From the NCBI GenBank assembly GCA_037137715.1, contig JBAXJT010000007.1, positions 16,621 to 80,620 of the forward strand: 64,000 nt of DNA, given 5' to 3'. Below the pieces are notes generated by a model that was given only the letters and a program-made list of their open reading frames with translations, was not told where the DNA came from and made no database searches. The DNA is from Nitrosomonadales bacterium (GTDB taxonomy: Bacteria > Pseudomonadota > Gammaproteobacteria > Burkholderiales > Gallionellaceae). Both the position numbers and the translations under genes were made by a program. Shown here piece by piece: positions 49,255-60,737 of the stretch. Every line of letters begins with the position of its first letter. Position 1 is the stretch's first letter.

Positions 49255-50516
49255 GAGGTCCGGTTACTCAAACCACGATGGATTTTGACCAGCCGTGGAC
49301 ATTAGAGAATTACCTGAAGGTTGGTGGTTATCAGGCGTTGCGCAAGATTTTGACTGAGCAGACGGCACCTGATGCCATCATCGCAGAAGTCAAACTGTCA
49401 GCGTTGCGCGGACGGGGCGGTGCAGGATTTCCGACCGGCTTGAAGTGGAGCTTTATGCCGCGCAGTTTTGCCGGGGACAAGTACATCGTCTGCAACTCGG
49501 ACGAAGGTGAGCCGGGTACTTGCAAAGACTGGGATATCATGTTGTATAACCCGCATTTGCTGATTGAAGGAATGGCAATTGCGGCGTACACGATGAATGT
49601 GAAGACCGGCTACAACTATATTCACGGTGAAATTTTCGAAGCTTACGAGCGCATGGAAGAAGCATGTGAGCTGGCGCGTGCCGCAGGATTTCTGGGCGAC
49701 AAGATATTAGGTTCTGATTTTTCATTCGATCTGCACAATCATCTGGGGTACGGCGCCTACATTTGTGGCGAAGAAACAGCGTTGCTCGAATCGATCGAAG
49801 GCAAGAAGGGACAGCCGCGTTTCAAACCGCCTTTCCCTGCCAGTTTCGGTCTGTACGGCAAGCCGACCACCATCAACAACACCGAGACATTCGCGAGTAT
49901 CCCTTACATCATCAACAACGGTGGTAAGGCGTTTCTGGAACTCGGTAAACCCAATAACGGTGGAACAAAACTGTTCTCTGTATCGGGTCATGTCAATAAT
50001 CCGGGCAATTTTGAAGTTCCTATGGGCACGCCTTTTGCTAAGTTGCTCGAAATGGCGGGCGGCGTGCGCCACGGACACAAACTTAAAGCCGTGATTCCCG
50101 GCGGTTCATCTATGCCGGTTTTGCCGGGTGAAGTCATGATGGATCTGACCATGGACTACGATTCGATCCAGAAGGCAGGATCCGGTCTGGGGAGCGGGGC
50201 GGTGATCGTGATGGATGAAACGGTCTGTATGGTGCGCGCACTCGAGCGTTTGTCGTACTTCTACCATGAAGAATCGTGCGGTCAATGTACGCCCTGTCGT
50301 GAAGGTACGGGTTGGTTGTATCGCATCGTGCACCGTATAGAGCACGGTCAAGGTCGCCCTGAAGATTTGGATCTGTTGCTGAGCATTGGCGACAATATCG
50401 CAGGACGCACCATCTGCGCACTGGGTGAAGCTGCTGTTTGGCCGGTGCAGGGTATGCTCAAGAATTTCAGAGCAGAATTTGAATATCACATCGAACACAA
50501 GCGGTGCTTGGTTTAG
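49251..50516 (+). CDS. nuoF: NADH-quinone oxidoreductase subunit F
   Basis: [16 protein letters not shown] site, NSDEGEPGT, and the [13 protein letters not shown]3 cluster. Confidence 0.95.
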   Translation: MRGPVTQTTMDFDQPWTLENYLKVGGYQALRKILTEQTAPDAIIAEVKLSALRGRGGAGFPTGLKWSFMPRSFAGDKYIVCNSDEGEPGTCKDWDIMLYNPHLLIEGMAIAAYTMNVKTGYNYIHGEIFEAYERMEEACELARAAGFLGDKILGSDFSFDLHNHLGYGAYICGEETALLESIEGKKGQPRFKPPFPASFGLYGKPTTINNTETFASIPYIINNGGKAFLELGKPNNGGTKLFSVSGHVNNPGNFEVPMGTPFAKLLEMAGGVRHGHKLKAVIPGGSSMPVLPGEVMMDLTMDYDSIQKAGSGLGSGAVIVMDETVCMVRALERLSYFYHEESCGQCTPCREGTGWLYRIVHRIEHGQGRPEDLDLLLSIGDNIAGRTICALGEAAVWPVQGMLKNFRAEFEYHIEHKRCLV

Positions 50517-50535
50517 CTGACGGGTTAGGTGCGCA

Positions 50536-52866
50536 ATGATCAACATTGAAATTGATGGCAAGTTAGTCGAAACCCAACGTGGTTCGACGGTGATGGATGC
50601 AGCTCACAAGGCCGGCGTCTACATCCCGCATTTTTGCTACCACAAGAAACTGTCCATTTCGGCAAATTGCCGGATGTGCCTGGTTGAAGTCGAGAAGGCG
50701 CCCAAGCCATTGCCGGCCTGTGCGACACCCGCTGCCGACGGCATGAAGGTGCACACGCATTCCGAAATGGCCGTTAAGGCGCAAAAGGGTGTGATGGAAT
50801 TTTTGCTGATCAATCATCCGCTCGATTGCCCGATTTGCGATCAGGGCGGTGAGTGTCAGTTGCAGGATATCGCGATGGGATATGGCGGGAATGCATCCCG
50901 TTATACGGAAGAAAAGCGCGTCGTTGAGCCGAAACAAATCGGTGAGTTAATTTCAACCAACGAAATGAGCCGTTGTATTCAGTGTACACGCTGCGTGCGC
51001 TTCGGCCAGGAAATCGCCGGTCAGATGGAACTTGGCATGGCCAATCGGACTGAACACGCGCAGATCATGAGCTTTGTGAACAGTTCGGTGAACTCCGAGT
51101 TGTCAGGCAATATGATCGATCTGTGTCCGGTCGGTGCGTTGACCAGCAAACCATTCCGCTACACGGCACGTTCCTGGGAGTTGTCACGTCGCAAGTCGGT
51201 CAGCCCGCATGACGGTCTGGGCGCAAATCTGGCCGTGCACACCAAAGATAATAAAGTGGTCCGTGTCGTGGCGGCTGAGAATGAAGACGTCAACGAGTGC
51301 TGGATTTCCGATAAGGACCGTTTTAGCTACGAAGGACTGAATTCTGCCGAACGCCTGACCCGTCCTATGATCAAGCAGGGCGGTAAATGGATCGAAGTCG
51401 AATGGGCAGCAGCACTGGAATACGTTGCGAACGGCGTGAATCAACTGCGTCGCAGTGCGGGGAGCGATCAGATCGCAGCGCTTGCGACACCCAATTCGAC
51501 GTTCGAAGAATTGTATCTGCTGCAAAAACTGATGAGAGGGATCGGCAGCGGCAATGTTGATTCCCGTTTGCGTCAGTCTGATTTCAGCGCCGATGGTAAA
51601 CAAGCCGGTGCGCTCTGGTTAGGTATGCCTGTCGCTGAACTTAATACCCGCGATCGTTTCCTGATTGTCGGTAGTTTCCTGCGCAAGGACCACCCTCTGT
51701 TGGCTCAACGCATTCGTCAGGCTGTCAAATTGGGCGCTCAGGCGAATATCGTGCATGCTAGCGATGACGATTTGCTGATGCCGACGGCCAGTAAGGCGAT
51801 TGTTGCACCGGCTGATTTTTCAGGCGTGCTCGCGCAAGTGTTGAAAGCGCTGTCAATTGAAAAACAAGTCGCTGTTCCCGCTGAAGTTGCAGACGTTACG
51901 GTAGGGGATGCGGCCGCCGCAATCGCTGCAAGTCTTTCATCAGGCAAACAAGGCGCTGTCCTGCTAGGTAATTTTGCGCAGCAGCATCCTGAGGCTGCAC
52001 AAATTGCACTGCTCGCTGAGCAAATCGCTGTCTTAGCCGGTGCAAAATTTGGCTATCTGGGCGCCGCTGCCAACAGCGTGGGCGGATATCTTGCGGGTGC
52101 CGTGCCTTTTGGCGGTTCTGTGCAGGGAATGAACGCGGCTGCGATGCTGGAAAAACCACGCAAGGCCTATATTCTGCTCAACGTTGAGCCTGAACTTGAT
52201 ATGGCCAATGCGCAAACTGCGATGAGTGCGATGAAGTCCGCCGATATGGTGGTTTGCCTGTCCGCCTTCAAGCACGCCGGTATGGATTACGCGGATGTGA
52301 TGTTGCCGATTGCACCGTTCACAGAAACATCAGGTACCTTCATCAATACCGAAGGTCGTGCTCAAAGTTTCAAAGGCGCGGTAAAGCCTTTGGGTGATGC
52401 GCGTCCGGCATGGAAGGTGTTGCGCGTACTGGGCAATTTGCTGGATGTGCCGGGATTTGAGTTCGATACCAGCGAAGCGGTGAGGGATGAAGCCGGTATC
52501 GCGGGCAATCTTAACAATCATATCGAAGGACTGGCGTTAAAAGCAGCGGCTGTTACACCGGCAGGCCTGCAACGTGTCGCCGATGTGCCGATTTATTCGG
52601 CCGATGCGCTGGTTCGCCGTGCGACAGCTTTGCAGAAAACACACGATGCCGCGACCCCTGTTGCGATGCTGCACAGCAGTGAATTGCAAAAGCTGGGTTT
52701 GACAGCGGGGGACGCAGTCAATGTCTCTCAAGGTGGCGTGAGCGTACAGCTAACGGTTGCTGCTCATGACGGACTCGCGCCGGGGACGGTTCGTGTTGCC
52801 GCAGGTCATCCGGCGACAGCGAGTCTGGGTGCAATGTTTGGAACGATAACAGTGGAGCGTGCATGA
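50536..52866 (+). CDS. nuoG: NADH-quinone oxidoreductase subunit G
   Basis: 75-kDa subunit. N-terminal 2Fe-2S (CYH..LS..ANCRMC), [14 protein letters not shown], and [10 protein letters not shown]. Confidence 0.95.
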   Translation: MINIEIDGKLVETQRGSTVMDAAHKAGVYIPHFCYHKKLSISANCRMCLVEVEKAPKPLPACATPAADGMKVHTHSEMAVKAQKGVMEFLLINHPLDCPICDQGGECQLQDIAMGYGGNASRYTEEKRVVEPKQIGELISTNEMSRCIQCTRCVRFGQEIAGQMELGMANRTEHAQIMSFVNSSVNSELSGNMIDLCPVGALTSKPFRYTARSWELSRRKSVSPHDGLGANLAVHTKDNKVVRVVAAENEDVNECWISDKDRFSYEGLNSAERLTRPMIKQGGKWIEVEWAAALEYVANGVNQLRRSAGSDQIAALATPNSTFEELYLLQKLMRGIGSGNVDSRLRQSDFSADGKQAGALWLGMPVAELNTRDRFLIVGSFLRKDHPLLAQRIRQAVKLGAQANIVHASDDDLLMPTASKAIVAPADFSGVLAQVLKALSIEKQVAVPAEVADVTVGDAAAAIAASLSSGKQGAVLLGNFAQQHPEAAQIALLAEQIAVLAGAKFGYLGAAANSVGGYLAGAVPFGGSVQGMNAAAMLEKPRKAYILLNVEPELDMANAQTAMSAMKSADMVVCLSAFKHAGMDYADVMLPIAPFTETSGTFINTEGRAQSFKGAVKPLGDARPAWKVLRVLGNLLDVPGFEFDTSEAVRDEAGIAGNLNNHIEGLALKAAAVTPAGLQRVADVPIYSADALVRRATALQKTHDAATPVAMLHSSELQKLGLTAGDAVNVSQGGVSVQLTVAAHDGLAPGTVRVAAGHPATASLGAMFGTITVERA

Positions 52867-53891
52867 TGGATTGGCTACTACCCGTACAAAACCTGTTAGG
52901 ACCTGCCTGGTTGCCGATCTGGACCGCAGTCAAGATTATGCTGATCGTGGGGCCTCTGATGGGCGCGGTGGCTTACCTGACACTGGCAGAGCGCAAGGTG
53001 ATCGGCTGGATGCAGATCCGTATCGGTCCTAATCGCGTCGGTTATTTTGGTCTGTTGCAGCCATTGGCAGACGGCTTAAAACTGTTCATGAAAGAAATTA
53101 TCGTGCCTTCCGGCTCGAACAAATTTCTCTTCGTGATCGCGCCTATTATGGTGTTGATGCCGGCGCTTGCTGCCTGGGCGGTCGTGCCGTTTAATGCCGA
53201 ACTTGTCTTGTCGAATGCCAATGCAGGACTGTTGTATATTCTGGCGATGACGTCATTAGGCGTGTACGGTGTGATTATCGCGGGCTGGGCGTCGAATTCA
53301 AAATACGCGTTTCTAGGCTGTTTGCGTTCAGCGGCACAGATCGTGTCTTACGAAATCGCGATGGGGTTTGCGCTGGTCACCGTGCTGATGGCCGCACAGA
53401 GTCTGAATCTGGGCGATATCGTTAAAGGGCAGCACGGCAATTACGGTATGCTCAACTGGTACATCATTCCCCTGTTTCCGATGTTCGTGGTCTATCTGAT
53501 TTCGGGTGTGGCGGAAACTAACCGCGCGCCGTTCGACGTGGCCGAAGGTGAGTCCGAAATCGTCGCAGGTTTCCACGTTGAGTATTCCGGTATGGCATTT
53601 GCGCTGTTTTTCCTGGGCGAATATGCCAATATGATCCTAGTCGCATTCCTGACCTCGATCATGTTTCTGGGCGGCTGGCTGTCACCGGTACCTTTCCTGC
53701 CGGATAGTATCGTCTGGATGCTGGGCAAGGTGGCCTTTGTGCTGTTCCTGTTCCTGTGGTTCCGTGCAACTTTCCCGCGCTATCGTTACGATCAATTGAT
53801 GCGTTTGGGCTGGAAGGTATTTATTCCGGTATCGTTGATCTGGGTCGTAGTCGTAGGCGCATGGATGCAAACCTCCTATTGGCTGTGGTAG
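52863..53891 (+). CDS. nuoH: NADH-quinone oxidoreductase subunit H
   Basis: ND1 homologue with LAERK..G.MQ.R.GPN and ETNR.PFD..E.ESE.V.G motifs. Confidence 0.95.
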   Translation: MMDWLLPVQNLLGPAWLPIWTAVKIMLIVGPLMGAVAYLTLAERKVIGWMQIRIGPNRVGYFGLLQPLADGLKLFMKEIIVPSGSNKFLFVIAPIMVLMPALAAWAVVPFNAELVLSNANAGLLYILAMTSLGVYGVIIAGWASNSKYAFLGCLRSAAQIVSYEIAMGFALVTVLMAAQSLNLGDIVKGQHGNYGMLNWYIIPLFPMFVVYLISGVAETNRAPFDVAEGESEIVAGFHVEYSGMAFALFFLGEYANMILVAFLTSIMFLGGWLSPVPFLPDSIVWMLGKVAFVLFLFLWFRATFPRYRYDQLMRLGWKVFIPVSLIWVVVVGAWMQTSYWLW

Positions 53892-53926
53892 GGGTGTGAG
53901 AAATCTCACCCGCACAAGGATATAAA

Positions 53927-54415
53927 ATGGAAAAAATCAAAGATTTCTTTAAGACTTTTCTTCTGATCGAATTGCTCAGGGGGATGGCGCTGACCGGACG
54001 TTATATGTTCGCTCGCAAGATCACCGTTCAGTTTCCTGAAGAAAAGACCCCGCAGAGTTTTCGCTTTCGCGGTTTGCATGCACAGCGTCGCTATGAAAAT
54101 GGCGAAGAACGCTGCATCGGCTGTAAGTTGTGCGAAGCGGTGTGTCCTGCGATGGCTATTAAAATTGCCGTGGCTGAACGCGAAGATGGTACTCGTCGTA
54201 CGACACAATATGACATCGATCTGACCAAGTGCATTTTCTGCGGATTTTGCGAAGAATCCTGCCCGGTTGATGCGATCGTTGAGACGCGAATTTTTGAGTA
54301 TCACGGCGAAAAACGGGGCGACTTGTACTACACCAAGCCGATGTTGCTGGCGGTAGGAGACAAGCATGAAGCGCAAATTGCGAAAGACCGTTTAGCTGAC
54401 TCGAAATACAGATAG
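53927..54415 (+). CDS. nuoI: NADH-quinone oxidoreductase subunit I
   Basis: Two 4Fe-4S ferredoxin motifs, [12 protein letters not shown] and [12 protein letters not shown]. Confidence 0.95.
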   Translation: MEKIKDFFKTFLLIELLRGMALTGRYMFARKITVQFPEEKTPQSFRFRGLHAQRRYENGEERCIGCKLCEAVCPAMAIKIAVAEREDGTRRTTQYDIDLTKCIFCGFCEESCPVDAIVETRIFEYHGEKRGDLYYTKPMLLAVGDKHEAQIAKDRLADSKYR

Positions 54416-54480
54416 TAGAAAGTCGGAAGTGGGAAGTCGGGGTTTAACGATCCACGACCCACTTACCACTAACAGCCTTT
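54415..54480 (+). repeat. Intra-operon repeat/hairpin module (nuoI-nuoJ spacer)
   Basis: GTAGAAAGTCGGAAGTGGGAAGTCGG starts at the stop codon. The downstream CCACGACCCACTTACCAC is its imperfect complement. Related to the module at 55099. Confidence 0.6.
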
Positions 54481-54493
54481 AGGGAGTGAATTC

Positions 54494-55102
54494 ATGAGTT
54501 TTTTTGATGTGGTTTTTTATCTGTTCGCGACGATTACGGTTTTGGCCGGTGTCGGTGTGGTGGTTGCCCGTAATCCGGTGCATGCGGCGCTGTTTCTGGT
54601 ACTGGCGTTTTGTAGTGCAGCCGGAATCTGGATGTTGCTCGAAGCCGAGTTTCTGGCGATTACGCTGATTCTGGTTTATGTCGGTGCGGTGATGGTGCTA
54701 TTCCTGTTTGTAGTGATGATGTTGGATATCAATCTGGTGCAACTGCGCGAAGGTTTCTGGCGCTGGTTTCCTTTCGGCGCGCTGCTGGCAGGCTTGATGG
54801 TATTTGAGATGGTCTGGGTATTGGGCTCGCGCCAGACAGCGGATGTCTCCAAAGCCATCGTACATGCAGCCGATTACAGCAACACCAAAGAATTGGGTCG
54901 CTTGATCTACACCCAGTATGTGTATCCGTTTGAAATAGCTGCGGTTATCCTGCTGGTGGCGATGGTTGCAGCAATTGCACTGACTTTACGTCGTCGTGCG
55001 GGTGTTAAGTCGCAAAACGTCGCGGATCAGGTCAAGGTTAAGAAGGCGGATCGCTTGCGCATCGTGAGCATGAAGTCGGAACCAAAAGTTAGCAGCAAGT
55101 AG
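54494..55102 (+). CDS. nuoJ: NADH-quinone oxidoreductase subunit J
   Basis: ND6 homologue. ..NPVH.ALFLVL.F...A..W.LL.AEFLA...ILVYVGAVMVLFLFV.MM. Confidence 0.93.
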   Translation: MSFFDVVFYLFATITVLAGVGVVVARNPVHAALFLVLAFCSAAGIWMLLEAEFLAITLILVYVGAVMVLFLFVVMMLDINLVQLREGFWRWFPFGALLAGLMVFEMVWVLGSRQTADVSKAIVHAADYSNTKELGRLIYTQYVYPFEIAAVILLVAMVAAIALTLRRRAGVKSQNVADQVKVKKADRLRIVSMKSEPKVSSK

Positions 55103-55175
55103 AAAGTAGGGAGTGGGAAGTGGTAGTCGGGAGTGGACGTATTCTCTTCACCCTTCACCCTTCTCCCTTCCCAAT
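55099..55175 (+). repeat. Intra-operon repeat module (nuoJ-nuoK spacer)
   Basis: GTAGAAAGTAGGGAGTGGGAAGTGG starts at the stop codon. By hand alignment about 22 of 26 positions match the 54415 copy. It is followed by a pyrimidine arm, CACCCTTCACCCTTCTCCCTTCCC. Confidence 0.6.
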
Positions 55176-55201
55176 ATAACCTAGGGAGCGAAAATTAAAA
55201 T

Positions 55202-55507
55202 ATGGTAACCCTCTCACATTATCTGGTGTTTAGCGCGGTGCTGTTTGCCATCAGCGTGGTGGGCATTTTTCTTAACCGGAAAAATGTCATCATTTTGCTG
55301 ATGTCGATCGAACTGATGCTGCTGGCTGTCAACACTAACTTCGTTGCGTTTTCGCATTATCTGAACGACACGGCGGGTCAGGTGTTTGTATTCTTTATTT
55401 TGACCGTAGCGGCTGCGGAAGCGGCGATCGGGCTGGCGATTCTGGTTGTGCTGTTCCGTAATTTGCGCACGATTAACGTCGATGATCTTGGCAGTTTGAA
55501 AGGCTGA
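55202..55507 (+). CDS. nuoK: NADH-quinone oxidoreductase subunit K
   Basis: ND4L homologue. 101 aa, three TM segments, ..[10 protein letters not shown].. and [11 protein letters not shown]. Confidence 0.93.
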   Translation: MVTLSHYLVFSAVLFAISVVGIFLNRKNVIILLMSIELMLLAVNTNFVAFSHYLNDTAGQVFVFFILTVAAAEAAIGLAILVVLFRNLRTINVDDLGSLKG

Positions 55508-55508
55508 T

Positions 55509-57569
55509 GTGATGGATATCCAAACCTATTATCTGTTAGTGCCGCTGGCACCTTTGTTTGGTGCGCTGGCTGCCGGTCTGTTCGGCAAATTGCTCGGGCG
55601 AAGCATGACGCATCGCATCACGATTGCGATGGTCGGCGTGTCCTTGTTCTCCGCCATTCAGATCTTTCAGGATGTGATGGCAGGGCATACCTTCAACGGT
55701 CCCGTCTACACCTGGCTGACTTCGGGCGATACCAGTTTCCATGTCGGATTCTTAATTGACCGTCTGACTGTCACCATGATGCTGGTGGTGACCTCCGTAT
55801 CGCTGATGGTGCATATCTATACCATCGGCTATATGTCGGAAGATGCCGGTTACCAGCGTTTCTTCAGTTACATCTCGCTGTTCACCTTCTCGATGCTGAT
55901 GCTGGTGATGTCCAACAACTTCATGCAACTGTTCTTCGGCTGGGAAGCGGTGGGTCTGGTTTCCTACTTGCTGATCGGTTTCTGGTACACCCGTCCAACC
56001 GCAATCTATGCCAACCTGAAAGCTTTTTTGGTTAACCGCGTCGGCGACTTTGGTTTCCTGCTCGGCATTGGTCTGGTATTGATGGTGTTCGGTACGCTCG
56101 ATTACGCCGCCGTGTTTGCCAATGTGGCAGCGCATGCGGATGACATGGCGCCTATCGCCGGAATGTCGGTCAATCTGCTTACCGCGATCTGTATTTTGCT
56201 GTTTGTCGGTGCGATGGGTAAATCGGCTCAGTTCCCGCTGCACGTTTGGCTGCCTGATTCAATGGAAGGCCCAACCCCAATCTCCGCGCTGATTCATGCG
56301 GCGACCATGGTGACAGCTGGTATCTTTATGGTGGCGCGTATGTCACCGATGTTTGAATTGTCCGATACGGCGCTGTCGTTCGTGATGATCATCGGTGCGA
56401 TTACCGCGCTGTTTATGGGATTCTTGGGGATTATCCAGAACGACATCAAGCGTGTGATTGCCTACTCTACCTTGTCTCAACTGGGTTATATGACCGTAGC
56501 GTTAGGCGCATCGGCCTACCCAGTGGCGATCTTCCATTTGATGACCCATGCGTTCTTCAAGGCGCTGTTGTTCTTAGGTGCTGGTAGCGTCATTATCGGG
56601 ATGCACCACGATCAGGACATCCGCAACATGGGTGGTTTGCGTAAATACATGCCAATTACCTGGATCACCTCTTTGATCGGATCGCTGGCACTGATTGGTA
56701 CGCCGTTCTTCTCAGGCTTCTATTCGAAAGATAGCATCATCGAAGCGGTAGGAATGTCGCATCTGGCAGGTTCAGGATTTGCCTACTTTGCGGTGGTAGC
56801 CGGCGTGTTTGTGACGGCGTTCTATTCGTTCCGTATGTACTTCCTGGTATTCCACGGGAAAGAGCGTTTTGGTAAAGTTCATCATCACGAACCCGTTAAA
56901 GCTGCCAAGGTAGCTGACGCACATCACGATGCACATGGCGACGCTCATGATGACGCACATGACGATCATGCGCATCACGGTCTAGCACCGGGTCAGAAGC
57001 CGCACGAAACACCGTGGGTCGTCTGGTTGCCGCTGGTGCTGCTGGCGATCCCGTCAGTGATCATCGGTTACATCGCAATTGAGCCTATGCTGTTTGGCGG
57101 TTACTTCAAAGATGCGATCTATATCGGTGAGAATCATGAAGTGATGCATGAATTGCATGAAGAATTCCACGGCGCATTTGCCATGGCGCTGCATTCCTTG
57201 ACCAGTCTGCCTCTGTGGTTGGCGATTGCCGGTGTGGCCAGCTCTGCTTACTTCTATTTGAAGCGTCCGGATATTCCAGCGGCGATACAGAAGCGTTTTC
57301 AGTGGGTTTACACTTTGCTGGAAAACAAGTATTACTTCGATCGTTTCAATGACTGGTTTTATGCCGGTGGCGCACGCGGTTTGAGTTCGTTCCTGGGTAA
57401 ATTTGCTGATAAGTTCCTGATTGATGGAATGATGGTAAACGGTACGGCGGGATTGGTAGGTAAGGTATCTGGTGTGGTGCGTAAGCTGCAATCGGGGTAT
57501 ATCTATCATTACGCGTTTACTATGATCGTCGGCGTGTTTATATTGTTGACGATACGCAACTGGTTTTAA
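55509..57569 (+). CDS. nuoL: NADH-quinone oxidoreductase subunit L
   Basis: ND5 homologue (WEGVGL.SYLLIGFW, GKSAQ.PLH.WLPDAMEGPTP). GTG at 55509 or ATG at 55512. Contains a His/Asp-rich loop encoded around 56878-56985. Confidence 0.95.
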   Translation: MMDIQTYYLLVPLAPLFGALAAGLFGKLLGRSMTHRITIAMVGVSLFSAIQIFQDVMAGHTFNGPVYTWLTSGDTSFHVGFLIDRLTVTMMLVVTSVSLMVHIYTIGYMSEDAGYQRFFSYISLFTFSMLMLVMSNNFMQLFFGWEAVGLVSYLLIGFWYTRPTAIYANLKAFLVNRVGDFGFLLGIGLVLMVFGTLDYAAVFANVAAHADDMAPIAGMSVNLLTAICILLFVGAMGKSAQFPLHVWLPDSMEGPTPISALIHAATMVTAGIFMVARMSPMFELSDTALSFVMIIGAITALFMGFLGIIQNDIKRVIAYSTLSQLGYMTVALGASAYPVAIFHLMTHAFFKALLFLGAGSVIIGMHHDQDIRNMGGLRKYMPITWITSLIGSLALIGTPFFSGFYSKDSIIEAVGMSHLAGSGFAYFAVVAGVFVTAFYSFRMYFLVFHGKERFGKVHHHEPVKAAKVADAHHDAHGDAHDDAHDDHAHHGLAPGQKPHETPWVVWLPLVLLAIPSVIIGYIAIEPMLFGGYFKDAIYIGENHEVMHELHEEFHGAFAMALHSLTSLPLWLAIAGVASSAYFYLKRPDIPAAIQKRFQWVYTLLENKYYFDRFNDWFYAGGARGLSSFLGKFADKFLIDGMMVNGTAGLVGKVSGVVRKLQSGYIYHYAFTMIVGVFILLTIRNWF

Positions 57570-57645
57570 TCGTAGTGGGTGTGCCGTCACGAATGGAAGA
57601 CGGTACGCTTACAACTTTCTGCTTCATGTTTAAAGGAAACACAGC

Positions 57646-59136
57646 ATGATTTTTGGACTACCTGTTATTAGCGTTACGATCTGGTTGCCTATTTTGTTTG
57701 GTATCCTGGTTCTGGCAACCGGCGATGATAAGAATGCGCCGCTGGCGCGTCTACTGGCGCTGGTCGGCAGCGTGTTAGGTTGTCTGGTCACGATACCGCT
57801 GTATACCGGTTTCGATATTTCGACCAGCAACATGCAGTTCGTCGAATTACACGACTGGATTACACGCTTCAATATCCATTATCACCTGGGGGTCGACGGT
57901 ATCTCGATGCTGTTCATTCTGCTCAACAGTTTCTTTACCGTGATCGTGGTATTGGCCGGTTGGAAAGTTATTGAGAAGCGCGTTGCGATGTACATGGCGG
58001 CTTTCCTCATCATGTCCGGTATCGTGAATGGCGTGTTTGCCGCGCTCGACTCGATTCTGTTCTACGTGTTCTGGGAAGCGATGCTGATCCCGATGTTTAT
58101 CATTATCGGTGTGTGGGGCGGTCCTAACCGGATCTACGCGACGATGAAGTTTTTCCTGTACACCTTGTTAGGCTCGCTACTGATGCTCGTTGCGCTGATC
58201 TATCTGTACAACCTGTCTGGGGGCAGCTTCGCGATTTTAGACTTCCATCATCTGGCCATCCCTATGACGGCACAGATCCTGATTTTCATCGCGTTCTTCT
58301 TCGCCTTTGCAGTGAAGGTGCCGATGTTCCCGGTTCATACCTGGCTGCCGGATGCGCACGTTGAAGCGCCGACCGGCGGTTCTGTGGTGCTGGCCGCGAT
58401 CATGTTGAAAGTCGGTGCATACGGTTTCCTGCGCTTCTCGATGCCGATTACCCCTGATGCAAGCCATAAGCTCGCCGGTGTGATGATTGCGCTGTCGCTG
58501 ATCGCCATTGTGTATATCGGTCTGGTCGCCCTAATGCAATCGGATATGAAGAAGCTGGTTGCCTATTCGTCGATTTCACACATGGGCTTTGTGACACTGG
58601 GTCTGTTCATCTTCAATGCCTATGGCATGGAAGGCGCATTGCTGCAAATGCTCTCACACGGTTTTGTTGCAGGTGCCTTGTTCCTGTGTATCGGCGTGCT
58701 GTATGACCGCGTTCATTCCCGTCAAATTGCCGATTACGGTGGTGTTGTCAACAAGATGCCGGTATTCGCCGCGTTCTTTATGTTGTTCGCAATGGCGAAT
58801 AGCGGATTGCCTGGCACCAGTGCGTTTGTCGGTGAGTTCATGGTGATCATGGGCGCGATCAAGGTGAACTTCTGGTACGCCTTTGCCGCAGCCTCAACGC
58901 TGATCTTTGGTGCCGCTTATACTTTGTGGATGTACAAGCGCGTGATTTTTGGTGCGGTGACTAACCATCATGTGGAAGAATTGACCGATATCAATGCACG
59001 TGAAATCTTGATCATGACGATACTGGCTGTTTTTGTTCTGGCGATGGGTATCTACCCGCTGCCGGTGTCAGAAATTATGCATGCGTCGGTGAATGACTTG
59101 CTGTTGCATGTCGCGCACTCCAAGCTGCCCATTTAA
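57646..59136 (+). CDS. nuoM: NADH-quinone oxidoreductase subunit M
   Basis: ND4 homologue with FAVK.PM.P.HTWLPDAH.EAPT.GSV.LA motif. Confidence 0.95.
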   Translation: MIFGLPVISVTIWLPILFGILVLATGDDKNAPLARLLALVGSVLGCLVTIPLYTGFDISTSNMQFVELHDWITRFNIHYHLGVDGISMLFILLNSFFTVIVVLAGWKVIEKRVAMYMAAFLIMSGIVNGVFAALDSILFYVFWEAMLIPMFIIIGVWGGPNRIYATMKFFLYTLLGSLLMLVALIYLYNLSGGSFAILDFHHLAIPMTAQILIFIAFFFAFAVKVPMFPVHTWLPDAHVEAPTGGSVVLAAIMLKVGAYGFLRFSMPITPDASHKLAGVMIALSLIAIVYIGLVALMQSDMKKLVAYSSISHMGFVTLGLFIFNAYGMEGALLQMLSHGFVAGALFLCIGVLYDRVHSRQIADYGGVVNKMPVFAAFFMLFAMANSGLPGTSAFVGEFMVIMGAIKVNFWYAFAAASTLIFGAAYTLWMYKRVIFGAVTNHHVEELTDINAREILIMTILAVFVLAMGIYPLPVSEIMHASVNDLLLHVAHSKLPI

Positions 59137-59223
59137 AGGCAATTGATAATTGATAATGCGTAATTGTCAATGCTGTACTAACGTCTCACGACTAGTAACT
59201 AACGACTGATTTAAGAGGTTAAT

Positions 59224-60675
59224 ATGAATTTGATGGCAAATCTGATCCCCGCCGCTGCGGAAATTTTCTTGCTGGCGATGGTCTGCTTCATTTTGATAGC
59301 GGATTTGATGCTGACTAAAAGCAGCAAAATATTCACTTACCTTCTGGTTCAGTTGACCTTGCTGGGCTGCTCGATCATTACGGTCGGCACGCACGAGAAT
59401 GCCGTGGTGTATGCTTTCAATGGCATGTACGTCGACGATCTGATGTCCGATGTGCTCAAGATGCTGAGCTATCTGGGTATGTCGATGGTGCTGGTGTATT
59501 CGCGCCAGTATCTGATGCTGCGCGGCCTGTTCACTGGTGAGTTCATGGTGCTGGCGCTGTTTGCGCTGCTGGGCATGAACGTGATGATTTCCGCCAATCA
59601 TTTCTTGACCCTGTATCTCGGTCTGGAATTGCTCTCGCTGAGTCTGTATGCGATGGTGGCATTGCAACGCGATTCTGCGATTGCGACGGAAGCTGCGATG
59701 AAATACTTCGTGCTGGGCGCATTAGCTTCCGGTTTGCTGCTGTACGGGATGTCTATGCTGTACGGTGCGACCGGTACGCTTGAATTGGGCGCAATCTCGA
59801 ACGCGATTGACAGCGGCGTGCAGAACAAATCCTTACTTGCCTTTGGTTTGGTGTTTATCCTCTCTGGGTTGGCATTTAAACTCGGCGTGGTGCCGTTCCA
59901 TATGTGGGTGCCGGATGTCTACCACGGTGCGCCGACCGCAATGACGATGCTGATCGGCTCCGTGCCTAAGCTGGCCGCCTTTGCTTTCGCCACACGGATA
60001 CTTGTTGAAGGCCTGCAATCGTTAGAGCACGACTGGTCGAGCATGCTGATCATCCTCGCGATTGCCTCGATGGCGATCGGTAATTTGTCAGCGATTGCCC
60101 AAACCAACCTCAAACGTATGTTCGCCTATTCGACCATCACGCATATGGGTTTCATGCTGCTCGGTCTGATCAGCGGCGGGATTGAAGGTTACGGCTCTGC
60201 GATGTTCTATACCGTGATCTACATGATGATGTCGCTGGGCGCATTCGGCATGATCATGCTGTTGTCGCGTGCCGGATTTGAAGCTGATACCCTGAATGAC
60301 TTCAAGGGGCTCAATCAGCGCAGCCCATGGCTGGCCTTTATGATGATGCTGCTGATGCTGTCTATGGCGGGTATTCCTCCTACGGTCGGTTTCTATGCCA
60401 AGTTCTCGGTGCTCAACTCCATCATCCAGACGGGTCATACCTGGCTTGCGATCGTTGCCGTGATGTTCTCGCTGATTGGCGCATTCTATTATCTGCGCAT
60501 CATCAAGCTGATGTACTTTGATGCTCCTGAGAGCCATGCACCGATCAACGTCGGTTCTGATACCGGTTTGTTGATCAGTATGAATGGCTTGGGTGTACTG
60601 TTCTTAGGCTTGATGCCGGGTTCCTTGATGTCGATCTGCGCGGTCTCGGTCCAACAGTCCCTGCTGCTACATTAA
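59224..60675 (+). CDS. nuoN: NADH-quinone oxidoreductase subunit N
   Basis: ND2 homologue with ..[21 protein letters not shown].. motif. Last gene of the array. Confidence 0.95.
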   Translation: MNLMANLIPAAAEIFLLAMVCFILIADLMLTKSSKIFTYLLVQLTLLGCSIITVGTHENAVVYAFNGMYVDDLMSDVLKMLSYLGMSMVLVYSRQYLMLRGLFTGEFMVLALFALLGMNVMISANHFLTLYLGLELLSLSLYAMVALQRDSAIATEAAMKYFVLGALASGLLLYGMSMLYGATGTLELGAISNAIDSGVQNKSLLAFGLVFILSGLAFKLGVVPFHMWVPDVYHGAPTAMTMLIGSVPKLAAFAFATRILVEGLQSLEHDWSSMLIILAIASMAIGNLSAIAQTNLKRMFAYSTITHMGFMLLGLISGGIEGYGSAMFYTVIYMMMSLGAFGMIMLLSRAGFEADTLNDFKGLNQRSPWLAFMMMLLMLSMAGIPPTVGFYAKFSVLNSIIQTGHTWLAIVAVMFSLIGAFYYLRIIKLMYFDAPESHAPINVGSDTGLLISMNGLGVLFLGLMPGSLMSICAVSVQQSLLLH

Positions 60676-60696
60676 GTTGATCTTAGTCTGACCCAT

Positions 60697-60717
60697 ACTC
60701 CCGCCTCGAGCGGGAGT
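60697..60717 (+). terminator. Stem-loop after nuoN (weak terminator or attenuator)
   Basis: ACTCCCGC-ctcga-GCGGGAGT followed by TGTTATTTG, which has no clean T-run. Confidence 0.45.
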
Positions 60718-60737
60718 TGTTATTTGTGGAGTATGAA

